DNA from: Lama guanicoe
Lineage: Eukaryota
Assembly (NCBI GenBank): GCA_013239625.1
Contig: MU053758.1
Location: 3,829,490 to 3,893,489, forward strand
DNA length: 64,000 nt
Direction of reading: 5' to 3'
The notes under the pieces are model-generated. The model saw only the letters and a program-made list of their open reading frames with translations. It was not told the origin of the DNA and did no database searches. Shown piece by piece: positions 1-11,998 of the stretch. Both the position numbers and the translations under genes were made by a program. The first letter of the stretch is position 1. Each line of letters starts with the position of its first letter.

Positions 1-270
1 CCCGAGAGAGGCCCCAGTCAAGGGCCATGGGGGTGGGAGGAGGGAGAGGCCCCTCCACTCTGCCCAGAAGAAGCAGAGAAGAGGTCTTGGTCAAGATGGC
101 AGATGAGCTGGGTAGAATTTGGAAGTTTTGAAGCTGAGGGCTGAAGTTTAGGGGATGTAAGAGGGGGCAGCCCCAGCAGGCAAAAGCAGACCCCAAAAAA
201 CTCATCTGGCTCCTCAGAGCCAGTTCAAGGCCCTAAGTCCTGAGAAGCAGCCCTGGGTCAGGCTCCCTTT

Positions 271-388
271 ACAGACTGAACCTCAAAGTGTGGAAAAGAC
301 CCCAAGAGCTGTGGATAAAAGGCAAGCACCATCCATCCAGGAGGACTGCCTGGAGGAGGCGCGGCAGGTAGAGGGGCAAACCCAGAGG
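271..388 (+). repeat. Diverged ~115-bp direct repeat, copy 1 (keratin intron 1)
   Basis: ACAGACTGAACCTCAAAGTGTGGAA...GGATAAAAGGCA...CATCCATCCAGGAGGAC...CCTGGAGGAGG...AAACCCAGAGG recurs at 1220-1330. Confidence 0.85.
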
Positions 389-1219
389 TGGTTACTCACC
401 CCAGGGCCTCAGTGGGCCTGTCTGCAGCCTGCACACCCACCCCTTACCAACCTCCCTGCTCAGGAGGCTGATTGGGCCCAGTGAGGGGCGGTAGTGAAAA
501 CTCCTGTGGGGCAGTGACTTGGAGGCCTAGGGTGCCCTGCCCTGGGGATTGGCAGTGAGAAGCTGGCTCACCCCAAAGCTTAGGAACACTGACTCACCAG
601 GGCTCCCCTGGGTTCCCCGCTGTCCAGATCAAGCCTAGTATCTGATCTGGCACTCCCAGTAGCTCCACTTCCAGGGGGCAATTGCAGGAGTTCCCTTTCT
701 GGCGGAGGGCCCAGGCAAGAGCTGGCAAAGCCCCTTGCAGGGCAGCAGCAGGCCTGGTTCTGCACCAGGACACTGAGTGGGCTGATGCCGGCCCAGCCAG
801 CCCCCAGCCCCACTTTCCCCAAGCCTGTCTCCAGCCCCTCTTTGACCTCTCACCTACCTCTGGAGGCTGCAGCCCTGTAAGACCCTCCAGGGGCAAGATT
901 TGGGCAAAAGACCCAGGTGCACATTTACAGAATGCCAAGGTCATGTTCATAGAGGTTATGAATGTATGTGTAAGTATGTGTTTGTTCTTCATCAGACTGA
1001 TCTAGAGAAATTTCTCCACTTGGGAGCTTCCAGTCTAAGTGGAAAGACATAGCTCCTTTCCTCAGGGACCCCCCCCCCGACCAACAATCTACAAGAAGAG
1101 TCAGCCCCTGCCCTTAGGGACCCCCTGAGTGACCATCATGGAGGGAGTGAGAAGGACCCACAATGAAAGCAGCTGTGAGAACACGCCAGCCTCAGAGAAA
1201 TCAGTACAATGAACAGAGC

Positions 1220-1330
1220 ACAGACTGAACCTCAAAGTGTGGAAGGGACCCCAAGATCTGAGGATAAAAGGCATCCATCCAGGAGGACAGCCTGGAGGAG
1301 GTGAGGAAGGCAGAGGGCCAAACCCAGAGG
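1220..1330 (+). repeat. Diverged direct repeat, copy 2 (keratin intron 1)
   Basis: Collinear match to 271-388 with small indels. Confidence 0.85.
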
Positions 1331-1730
1331 AGAATGGGACAGTGAGGAGACATTCATCCTCATCTCTCAGCAGCCACACCGTCTCTTTCCCACCTCTGTG
1401 CCATTGCCTACGCTGATCTCTATACCTGGAATGCCACCTGCTGCCCCCAAGGTTCTGAAGCCTTCCCTGCCCACTCCTCCATCGCTCAGCCCAAATACCC
1501 TCCCAGAGAAAGGGAGAACTCCGAACAACCTCCCTGCGCAGGATGTCCTCCAGGCCTGGATCCACTGACTAGCACAAGGCTGGGTTCCAGAGCAAGTGAG
1601 AGCGTGAGTGAAGGAAGGAAGGAAGGAAGGATGGAGACCTAGGGTGGAGGAGAAATGTTCACAAAGGTCCAAAGTAGGGTGGGCATGAGTCAGAAGCAGG
1701 CACTAAGGACAGAGGGCAGGGAGCGCCCAC

Positions 1731-2188
1731 CTTGCTTCGAAGGTCCTCAGTGGTCTCTTAAAGTAGGAGCTGTAGTCACGGGCAGGCCCGGGGCCCTGCT
1801 TCTTGTACCAGTCCCGGATCTTCACCTCCAGGTCGGCGTTGGCCTCCTCCAGGGCATGCACCTTCTCCAAGTAGGAGGCCAGGCGATCATTGAGGTTCTG
1901 CATGGTCTCCTTCTCGCTGCCCCCCAGCAGGGCTTCCGCCACGCCAAAGCTGGAGCCAAAGCCCCCACCCAGGCTGCAGATGTAGCCCCCAGTGTAGCCA
2001 CCCCCCAAGCCTGCGGAGAAGCGGGACGAGGACATTGACATGTTGCTGCCGGGTCCCAGGAGGCTGGGGGCCGAGCAGGCACCCCCAACACGGAAGGAAG
2101 ATATCCGAGAGAAACCCCCGCCAGGCACGCACAGGCCCTTGACGGAGCCAGAGGAGGGGAACTGGCAGATGCTGGTGGTGGCAGCCAT
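1731..2188 (-). pseudogene. KRT42: Type I keratin exon 1, most like keratin 42 (K17n), with a 2-bp frameshift near the exon end; downstream exons not seen in the window
   Basis: ATG at 2188; Gly/Ser-rich head, then helix-initiation motif [19 protein letters not shown] and [25 protein letters not shown]. An extra AG (1755-1756) precedes ACC ACT GAG GAC CTT CGA AGC AAG|GT (TTEDLRSK, the usual exon-1 end). 458 nt is not divisible by 3. Position next to EIF1 fits KRT42/KRT42P synteny. Confidence 0.85.
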
Positions 2189-2241
2189 GGTGTCCGAAAC
2201 TCAGGAGTAAGGTCTGGTTGGACAGAGACCCCAAGCAGCCC

Positions 2242-2247
2242 TTTATA
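2242..2247 (-). promoter_or_regulatory. TATA box of the keratin gene
   Basis: TATAAA on the minus strand (GGCTATAAAG), ~55 nt upstream of the keratin ATG. Confidence 0.8.
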
Positions 2248-5200
2248 GCCAGGCTAAAGAGGGGCTGGGCCCCTGGCCATTGAAGTCAGAGCCAAAACTC
2301 CAGCTATGCAATTTGCTCCTGTACCAGCACCCAGGGCCTGGGGCTCAGGCTGGACACACCAAGTGCATCCCCTGGGCCCCCTCTGTGCCAAAGCCTGGCC
2401 TGGGCAGATGGCCTCTTAGCTGTCCATTGTCTGTTAGAAACAAAGGTGGTGTTGGAGCCACAGCCCCGGGGTAGGGTGATCCTTCATCCTCAACCGCAGT
2501 TAGGCGGCTGAGCTCATTCTTGGGGGGAGTCCGGAGAACCCAGCCCTGAGAGCCAGAAAGGGCCTGGAACAAGGCTCCACAGGTCTGGAGCCTGAGGCGG
2601 CTCTGTCCCCCCACCCAGCATTCCTGGGGCCCTGGGAGAAGGTGGAGAGATTCAGGGCGACACCCACCCCCAGGTACAGCGTGGTCCTGCGGGTATTATT
2701 GGTATTATTTCTTGGTATTATTACGAGTCTGTGGGAGGAGACATGGCCCCTGGCCCAGGGATGCCCTATCTGAGCTGACCTGAGGGCACTTTGGATCCAA
2801 GCCTCTCAGGCATTTGCCTCATTTGTAAAACGGGGGTAATTCCTGCCTCCCGCAGTCTTTGAGGGAATCCAGAGAGATAGTGACATCAGTCAAGCCGGGG
2901 CTGAGGGAGAGGAGGAAGCAGATGGTTTGGGTGACCGGTCCTGCTCATCCCCCTCAGGAACCGAGGAAAGACACTCCCAAGGAGCCCGGAGGAGGCGCAG
3001 GGAGCAGGAGAAGTAGGATCTGGGCGGCGGTGGGCACCCCTCTGTCTGCGCTGCGCCTTGGGGAAGGGCCGCCCCTGCGAGGGAGCCATGCAATCCCACA
3101 TCCGGGCGGCTGGCAGCTGCCCACACCCAACAAGGAGATTACAAGCCTAATCTCCACGGTGCTAATGATTTAGGCGCTGCCAGGACTCTGGCGTCTGCAC
3201 AGGGCCTGTCTGAATGGGGCGCTTCCTGGGGTGATGAGGCCCGCGGGGACTGGCAGGGGACAGGCAGGGGAGGGCGAGCCTGGCTTGGGGTGGAGGCCTG
3301 TGGGTGGCCAGGCCCTGAGCCCACACACAGGGACAGGGAGGGAGTCGGGGCTCCACGCAGATCAGTGCTGTTGTGCTGAGACCAGACTGCCGGGAGGACT
3401 TCCTGCCTAGAAAGTGGGTGGCCTCGCACGCAAAGGTGTCTCCTGGCTTAGAGAACGAGGACTGCGCGAGCTACAGAGAGGGGACAAACCTCAACCATAC
3501 CCTGCTCCCACCCTGCCTGTGAAGTCTGGGGGTTCCCAGGGTTCCTGGGCCGGGGCGGGGAGTTGGGGGTGGTGGCTGAGGGTCCAGGTCAAGGCTAGTA
3601 AGCAAGGTCAGGACCCCAGGGCTCTTCCCTGAGGAATTCCTGCTCCTCCCAGGCAGTCCTGGGGGAGGGAACCAACATAACTGGGGGTCCCTTGAGTGGG
3701 TCAGAGGCAGGCCCCACACCCACCACTCACCCTCACAAGGAATGACCTTCCCCCTTGGAGCCACCCTCCAAGGAACCCTTCCCCTGTTCCCCTCCCCAAC
3801 CCTGCCGAAAAGCTGACTGACCTCCTCCAGGCAGGCCTCACTCAGCAAAGAGAAGGGATGGCCTGCCTTCCAGCACTGAATCTGGAACAGAGCCAGGGCA
3901 CCGGGGAGGGGGCCAGGCCACAGGGCACCACCCACTTTCTGCCTCTCCCCAGAGCCCCCTGCCCCAGCCCTCACCCTACCTCCAAAGCCCCCAGGCCTTA
4001 GTTATGAGGCTCAGTTTGAAAGGGCAGAGCATTTATTCTCCATTCACAATCACCAGGGCCTCACTACCCCATCACATCCCCCTGACATCAGGCTGTGTGC
4101 CAAGGCCTGGGCCTCAGTGTCCCCACACCAGTCACTCCCAGGCCCTTTCCCTCTGGACTTTTGAGACCCTACGACCTGTGGGGCCCCATTGGGCACCTCT
4201 GCTCATAGGGGCCTCACTTACTGAAGGACAGGCCGAGCTCAGCCCCTCTCCCCAAGTAAAACTGCAGAGTGAGACCCCACGGAGGCCTTGCTGGCCCTCT
4301 GGAGGCTGTGGCCATTCCAGAGAGACCTAAAAAGACCCGGACATGCCTTCTACACAGCAAAGAGAGAGCTTGCCAGATCTCCCAAACAACGCTGTGAGGA
4401 AACCAAGGCACAGGGTCCCGGAGTGGCAGGCAGGCGGGTGGGTGGGGCAGCCCAGCCCAGCCCGAGCGGGCAGAGCCAGGCCTGAAGCCAGGGCCCCAGC
4501 AGAGCCCAGTCTCCCTGCCAGGCGAGGAAGGCCTGGCAGGAGCCAGCCAGAGGGCTGTGCTGAGGTCCTCTGGGCCATGACTCCTCCTGCCTGGGCCTGT
4601 CCTCCACCCCCGGCAAGGAGAAGCCTTTGGCTGCCAGAGGGGCAGCGCCAGGCCCACAGCCCCCACAGTTGTCAGCAATTGGCCCACAAGGAGAAGAGGA
4701 AAAGGAGGAGGCACTCCAGCCCCAGAGGCTGCTGGGAGTTCAGCACAATAAGGGAGGGGACAGGAGGAGTAGGCCCCTGGGAGACAGGTGGGACAGCTCC
4801 CAGCCTCACCCAGCATCCTCACACCGGCCCCAGGCTTGACCAACCCGCACAGGCCCTGGGTCTCCTCTCCAGAGGTTGCTGAACCACCAGCATGCTCTCC
4901 AGCTGAGAACAGCAGGCCCTGCCTCAGACTTGAGCAGGACCAGGGTGCTAGGAGAGGGTTCCCGGGACTGTACCCACCCTACAATGTTGATGGAAGAGTG
5001 ACCTGGGGGCCATTGTATACAGTTGATGTTCAATAGATGCACATTGATGTTGACAAAGGTCTTGCCACATCGGACCAGCTGACCTAGGCTCCTACAGGCC
5101 CCCAAAGCATTAACTGTCACCCCCCAGACAATGCCCACCCCTCGCCACCACCCAGAACACAGGGCACAGCATGTATGCAGCAGGTGCTCTGTAAGTGCCT

Positions 5201-7474
5201 GTTGAGTTGTTAGGAACAGGGAGCCTGGGCCATGACCAGAATGGAGACAGGACCTAGGAAGGGGATACATGGCCTTCTACCCTCCTCCCAAAGGAAAAGT
5301 GTCCATACCAAGTGAGGTCGGGGAAGTGAGAGGCCCAGGATCTGGGGAAGTGCTCCCAGCTGGGATCTTGGCTTAGCTGATGAGGAGAGGATCCCAGATC
5401 CTTCAGGGGTCCCAAAGACCTTGACTCCACCCCTAGACCCATGCCACTAGGGCCTGTCATCTCCTTTTCTCCCAGACACTGAGCCTCTCTCACCCACAGG
5501 CATTGTGCCCTGGACAGAATACGCAGGGCCACCAAGGAGCTCCCAGAAACATGCCCACCCCTGGCCAGGCGCCCCCTCAGAAGCGCACCCTCACCCAGCC
5601 ACACCTGCCATCAGGTGGAATCTTCTCCTCCCTCTATTCTGTTTCCTCAGCCTCTATCCTGAGGCCCCAGGGCCGCCCCACCCAGCTCTAACCACTAATG
5701 CTTCGTGTCTGGCTCCAAAGAAGGCCCTGCCCTCCGCCTACCTGGGGGCTGTGGGAGATGCAGAGCATTCCTGGGGCTCCCAGGAACCTCCTCCTAATTA
5801 GGACAGTCAGAGGAAAGGGTGGTCTGCCAGTACCCCCTGCACAACAGGGATCCCCAGGTGCTCCCCTTCCCAGGGACAAGCAGACTCAGCCACCTCCCTC
5901 TAACTGGTTTCCAGGAAACATCTGCTCCAGGGTTGAGCCGAGACAGGATTCAGCCACCCGAGGACACCCTGCCTTTCCCAGCAGAGCCACATCAGCTGGA
6001 CAGTGCCTCTCCCCAAGAAGGGCCCAGAGGCCCCAGTGCCCCAGATGGGACCCAGGCCTGAGGGAGGCACATATGGGAACCCTTGCTGCTTCCCGAAGGC
6101 TAGAAGATTCCAGCTTGACAGGACTGACTTCTTCCCTCTGCCCCTTCCTCCCCTTCCTTCCTCCTTTCTTCTCCCTTCTTCCTTGGCCTGAGGAAGATAT
6201 GGGGGAGGATGGGAGGGCAGCCACTCAGGTGTCCCGCAGACTGGCTGAGGGGGCCCTGAGGGCCTGGGGGAGCCAAGGCAGAAATCCCGAAGGGACCCCA
6301 GGCTCCTTCCCACATTCCAGACCCCAGCCTCCCAGGCCCCTGAGTCATGCCTCACCTGCCCACTCTGCTCTGTGCCCTCATGGCCTTTGAAGCCAGTTGC
6401 TCCCCATTAACTCACCCTCCTTGGTACCTACTCTTCAATGCTCCTGAGTGATTTCCTTTTAGGGGCAAATGTGGCCCAGGCTTCCTGAGAGAGAGGCTTT
6501 GTCTCTCCTCTCAGGGTGGACACTTCGTAGGATAAAAGTTATATCTCCCTACTCGGACTGGAAGCTCACTGGGAGTGGGGGCTGTGTCTCCCCAGTGTGA
6601 GCCCAGGGATGCCCTGAGAGTGGCCTGTCTCCTTTGTTCACCTAACACAGCCGGCAGGAAAGGGGTCTCTTGGCTCCCACCACAATATGACCCACATGCC
6701 TGACCAGCAAGAGGGAGGGGAAGCAGGGAGCAGGGAGGGGGGCAGAGAAAAGACCAGGGCAGGAAAGACTAGGAGGAAGAAACCAGGAGAGACAGGACCA
6801 GAGGAGAAGGATAGTGGGCAGGCAGAGGGGCCTTCAATCCCAGTGCTCTGACCTCAGGAAGTGCCGCTGGGAAGGGAGACCGTCCATCCTTTCTAAGGGC
6901 AAAACCAGATGACAGGGCAGGAGCTCACCTGTGCAGAGGCCTGGGCTCCCTGGAGCACTCCGCCCACCCCAGGCCCCCCATAAGCTCCTCCCCATTAGAA
7001 CCTGCCTCATCCCTGAAGCCCCAGCCCGGCAGGTTCCTGGCCCCCTTGTCCCTGCCTCTGCCTCGGAAGCCAGGCCCTGGGGCTTGTTACTTAAAATTTC
7101 AGGTGTGATACACTTTCCCCAGCAAGCTTTTGGTGGGGAGGGGGACCACAGCCCCTCATTTTCCCAACCCCCAGGGTCAGGCACGTTCTCCACGATCACA
7201 ACTCTGCACCTCACAAAAAAAGAGCTCTCCGAAGCCCAAGTCCAAGAGCCCAGGTCCACATGGACTCTGCCTTGGACAAGTCACATCCCTCTCTCAGCCT
7301 CATCTGCAAAGCGTGGCCACTCGGCTTCTGTGACAACGTCTCCGTGAGGCTTAAACGAGGTAACGTGTCATGGCAGCTGGCATCAGACTTTGTGCACACT
7401 AGGGATTCGGGGAAGAGTCGATGGCTCCAAAGCTGGCTGGGTGAAGGCCCCTCGGGGTGAGACGTAACCTCCCA

Positions 7475-7912
7475 TCCTGGTACTGAGCAGATTCCAATCC
7501 CACAACCTGTGAATATGTAGCTGATATGGCAAAAGGGACTTTGCAGGTGGGATGAAGTTAAGGAATCTGCAATGGAGAGTCTATCCTGGACATCTGGTTG
7601 AGCCCAATATAATCACAGGGGTGGGTCCTTATAACAAGGGGACAGGAGGGTTGGAATCAGAAAAGGAGATGTAACAATAGAAGCAGAGGTCAGAGTTTGC
7701 ATACAAGGGATGTAAGCAAACTATAGGCACAGGAAAAGACAAAGGACCATGCTCCCCTAGGGCCTCCGGAAGGGGCACAGCCTTGCTGACACCTTGATTT
7801 TAGTTTCATAAGATGCATTTCAGACCTCAGACTTCCAGAACCGTATGATAAGTGTGTGTTGCTTCAAGACCCTAAAGTTGTCATTTGTTCCAACAGCAAC
7901 AGGAAACTGATA
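7475..7912 (+). mobile_element. MaLR (MLT1-type) solo LTR
   Basis: Typical MLT1 motifs: ACCTGTGAATATG...GGCAAAAGGGACTTTGCAG, GAAGCAGAGGTCAGAG, GCCTTGCTGACACCTTGATTTTAG, and 3' end CAGCAACAGGAAACTGATAC. Confidence 0.75.
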
Positions 7913-8579
7913 CCCTCCCCTTGCCCATTCTAGCACCCAGGAGTGCTAGCCACTCTCGTGTTAGAATTATTTGGAGACAGATCTGCTCCCCTTCTAGAAT
8001 TATAATCCTTTACTGCCAAAAGATGGCTTTCTGTCCATCTCTGGACCCACTGAAAGGTCTGACTCAGTGCTCTGTGCACTGTAAATGCACAGTCGATGCT
8101 GGCTGAGTGGATACAGGCAGCGAGAGCCCAGCGCTGGGCTTCGTTCAGAACCCACTCATGGCACTCACGGTGTGGCTGTCCCTGGGCTGGGTGCTGAGAA
8201 TTCGGCACTGAGTCAGCCAAGCCCCACCCTTAATGAGCGCAGGCCGGTGAGTGAGACTGACGACGCACAGACCAGCCCAGCACCATGTTGTTGTGTGGTG
8301 ATGAAGGTATGTAAGAACAAGCCCCTGGCAGGAGCGGGAGGGAGCGACTCATTCAGACCAGGCTGCTGAGGACAGTTTCGCAGGGAGGGACAACAAAGCT
8401 GGGTTTCGAAGCCAGGGCAGGGCTTTGCCAGGCAGCGAAGGTGAGAAGGAGGTGAGAAGTCATCCAGGCACAGGTGGGGGCACGCCCAGCGTGTTTGGGG
8501 ACCATCAGGGAACTTGCAGCTAGATCACTATTTCAGGGGGAGCATGAGAGTACTGAGGAAAGCAGAACTCGAAGGAAAC

Positions 8580-9430
8580 ACATTTATTTGTCTACTATTA
8601 GTTGAGCACCTACTATGTGCTGGGCACTACCCAAGGCCCTGGGGATACGGTGACGAACACAAAAGACAACACTTTGCTTTTGTGGAGCAGACATACTAGC
8701 AGGAAAGATGTGCAGTAATCAAACCAGGAAGTGAAATGTTCTCCATGGAAACGTGAAATGGGATATGGGTGCTTCAGGGGACCAGGACAGGAAGGCTGCC
8801 CCTAGGTGACATTTAAGGAGGAAACTAAAAAGAAAGAAGCCAGCTGGGTGCAAGGAAGGGCATTCTGGGCCCAGGTAACGGTAGTGCAAAGGCCCTGGGG
8901 TTGGACCAAGACACTCCTTTTCAAAGAGCTGGAAGAAGGGCCACTGTGGCTGGAGTGAGGTAAGCAAAGGAGAGAATGGGGTTATATAAGGTCAGAAGAG
9001 GGCAGGGCAACCCCACAGAGTAGTAGTTCTCATCCCGATGAATGGAGTGGGACCCAGGTAGTGCTAATGACAGCCAGGGCTGAGACCCACGCTCCAGAGC
9101 CTGGTAGACCAGGGCAAGGCATATACCCCTTTGTCCAGCTTTTTTGTTTGTTTGTGGGCTTCCCAGAGCCCTTAACAAGCTAATGTACATTGTGACTCTC
9201 CAAGGAGAAGATGAAGTGCTAAGCATTTCCCAAACTAAGCCACCCATGGAGCCACTTCCAGGAGGAGCCTGTGGAGCTAGGGTTCCTTGGAACCCATTTT
9301 GGGAATCTATGGGCCAATTCATAGGGCATGTTAAGGGGAGAAATGGCTAGAACAAAGGTTGGAGAGACTGCCATGAAAGGTGTACTGAAGAGTTCAGACT
9401 TTATCCTGTAGCAATACAGTCACGCTATGC
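8580..9430 (+). mobile_element. L2 LINE remnant (boundaries approximate; strand is that of the quoted motifs)
   Basis: TTGAGCACCTACTATGTGCTGGGCACT, GCAAAGGCCCTGGGG, GGCTGGAGTG and GACTTTATCCTG motifs typical of L2. Confidence 0.6.
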
Positions 9431-9689
9431 TGTTTTAATCTGTTCTTAATTTGTCTATTTGTAGAGATTTTAATTATTCAAAAGAGATATTGTCAATGTC
9501 TTCAATGCCTCAATTTCCCAGTTAATAACATCTCTCAGAGAGCCACCCCACCTCATTCCCTTTAATCCATTGTGACCATGAGCTATAATTCATTTACTCC
9601 AGTCCCTACCAACCACCTTTCCGCCATCTCCAGATTTTTCTGCGTTTACAAATAATGGCGTAATAAGTCTCCCCGAACAACACTAATCA

Positions 9690-10020
9690 ACACTAATGAA
9701 CTCATCTACAAAACAGAAACAGACTCTCAGGTATAGTAAACAATTTTATAGTTACCAGGGAAGGGGGGGGAACCGGGGGAAAGGGATAAATTTGGGAGTT
9801 TGAGATTTGCAAAGTTTAACCACTATGTATAAAAATAGATTTAAAAAAACAAATTTCTTCTGTATAGCACAGGGAACTATATTCAGTATCTTGTAATAAT
9901 TTTAATGAAAAATTATATAAAAATGAATATATGTGTATACACATGCATGACTAAGACATTATGCTGTACATCAGAAATTGACACATTGTAATTGATTATA
10001 CTTCAATCTAAACAAACAAA
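9690..10020 (+). mobile_element. Artiodactyl-type L1 3' end fragment
   Basis: AATGAACTCATCTACAAAACAGAAACAGACTC...TGTATAGCACAGGGAACTATATTCA...ATGCTGTACATCAGAAATTGACACATTGTAA. The same family occurs at 24990, 34035 and 38800. Confidence 0.8.
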
Positions 10021-10351
10021 CCAACCAACCTCCCTGAACATACAGCCTGGTGAATTTTACAAATATATCCTTAGGGGAAATTTTAGCCATGGGATTACCC
10101 GGTGAAAAAGTAAATCCATTTTTTGCTTCGATAGCTCTTGCCAAATGTTCTTTCAAAGTGAAATGAAATTATGTCTTTGCTTTGAAATACTCTAATCTCT
10201 CCCACAAAAGATGGTGGAGGGGAGACAGAAGGAACAGGGATGGCAGCATGTTGACAATTATTGAAACTGAGTGCTGGGCAGATGGGAGCTGGTTTTCCCA
10301 TTCTCCCTACTTTTGGGTGTATTTGAAATTGCCCACAGTTGAATAAAAAAA

Positions 10352-10401
10352 GTCACAGGCGGGCCCTGCTTCCTGTACCAGTCAGGGACCTTTACCTCCA
10401 A
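10352..10401 (-). pseudogene. Isolated ~50-bp type I keratin coil-1A/L1-linker coding fragment
   Basis: Minus strand reads TTG GAG GTA AAG GTC CCT GAC TGG TAC AGG AAG CAG GGC CCG (LEVKVPDWYRKQGP), matching [14 protein letters not shown] at ~1790-1831. Confidence 0.7.
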
Positions 10402-11982
10402 TCTTCCAGAAAAGTTCTACAAATTTTCATTCCCACCAACTATGGATGGGACTAACTTTCCCCCACGTTCACCAACACCGGGTCCCATCAAGCTGCTCTT
10501 CTCCAGTCTTCGTCTTTTTGACAGTTGAAAAATTCCTCTTTGTTGTTTCAGTCTCCCTTTCTTTAATCATGAGTGAAACTGAGCCGCTTTCCCTAAGTTT
10601 TTTGGTCCCTTCTTGGTTTTTTTTTTTTTGAACCAGTTGTTCCTACTTCTTCACCTTTTATTTCTGTGGGGTCTTGTCCTTCCTGACTGTGTGAGTTTTT
10701 TTTTGGTAAACGTGGGAAGGCCTTTCCCACATGGGTTGCAAATGTGTCTTCACTGTGTTGGTCACTGGTCTTCTAATTTTGTTTATCGTGTTTTTTTCCC
10801 CCAAACAGACAATTTCCCTTAGGTCACATTTGCTGATTTTTTCTTTCATGCGTCTGGGCAACAGGTAGTTGGAAGAAGGGCTCATTTTGGTGGCGATGTG
10901 AAAACTGGAAGGGGGCCAAGGGTCAGCCCCAGGGCTGACGGGGTGGCCTGAGAGAGAGATGATGAGGGCAAGGATGGGACACAATGGCTAACAGGGAGAT
11001 GGGCCTGAGTGGGGGAGGCAGCAGGATGACTTTGCATTTTCGGGGTTGAGCAGGTGGGCGGGTAATGATGCCACTGACTGGGTGGGAGAAGCCAGAGAGA
11101 AAAGCAGGCTTCAGAGGAAGAAAACAATTCCACTCAGTGTGTTCATACCTACTTCCGGTATCCTCCGCTAGACTCAGGCAGAGACCCCGCCTCCTTCTCT
11201 CTGTCCCCAGGGTCCGACAGAGCACATGGAGCTTGATCTGCAGAAATGAATGAATACATGAGTGACCTGAGTTCCAGGTGCCTCTGCCTGGATGGAGACA
11301 TCAGGGGGTGGAAGGAGGCATTCACAACAGAAGGGATTTTTTCCTCCACAATCACCCACTGCCACCACCAAGGAACTGATGGACTTGCCACCTTGTCTAA
11401 GCCAGCCGGACCTGGCTGTATCCGCCAACCGGCTTGTCACTGTTTGTGGCAGAAGACAGATGGTTACATTTGATTCTGAGAACTCCAGAATCCAAGGGCT
11501 TGATGGATGTGGCCGCTGGGGAAGCCAGCTGGGGACCAGGACAGGAAGTCCTCCCCCTAGAGGCCAGCGAGGGAAGCAGGGAGCCAGTGAGATCACCAGG
11601 GAGACTACAGAGGCAGAGCCCTGGGACTAGCACCCTGGGGAACGTTCTAGAAAAGCTGGCTGGCTGCAAGGAGGACTTCCAGGGCAGGTTAAGAGGGCCA
11701 GTCACGTTCCTAGGGGTGATTTTCAAGGTCACCACCTGGAGACAGTAGGTTCAAACACTGACCAGACAGCATCTAACCATGGAGCAGGGGAAAGGGAGAA
11801 AGAGGACACTGTGGCGCTCCCACCTCACGTGGTCGTTTCTCCTCACTCTGCTCGATACCCCTAAGGGAGAAGCCAGAATGCTCCTACCCGGACTGCAGGT
11901 CCCGGAGCTTTCCAAGAATAATCTGATTCCGGTTGAACCTCGGGCTCTGCGTGCGGACTGGAGCCTCAAATCTGTAGCGAGC

Positions 11983-11998
11983 GCGCCCTCTGCTGGCC
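11983..11998 (-). promoter_or_regulatory. CTCF consensus motif
   Basis: Minus strand GGCCAGCAGAGGGCGC matches the CTCF core CCASYAGRKGGCRS closely, in a CpG-containing patch. Confidence 0.65.

Noticed and set aside
1..1730. Keratin exon 2 (ILxATIDNA...LAADDFRxK-like) downstream of exon 1
   Set aside because: No such peptide is recognisable on the minus strand. It probably lies beyond the window edge, so absence is not evidence of deletion.
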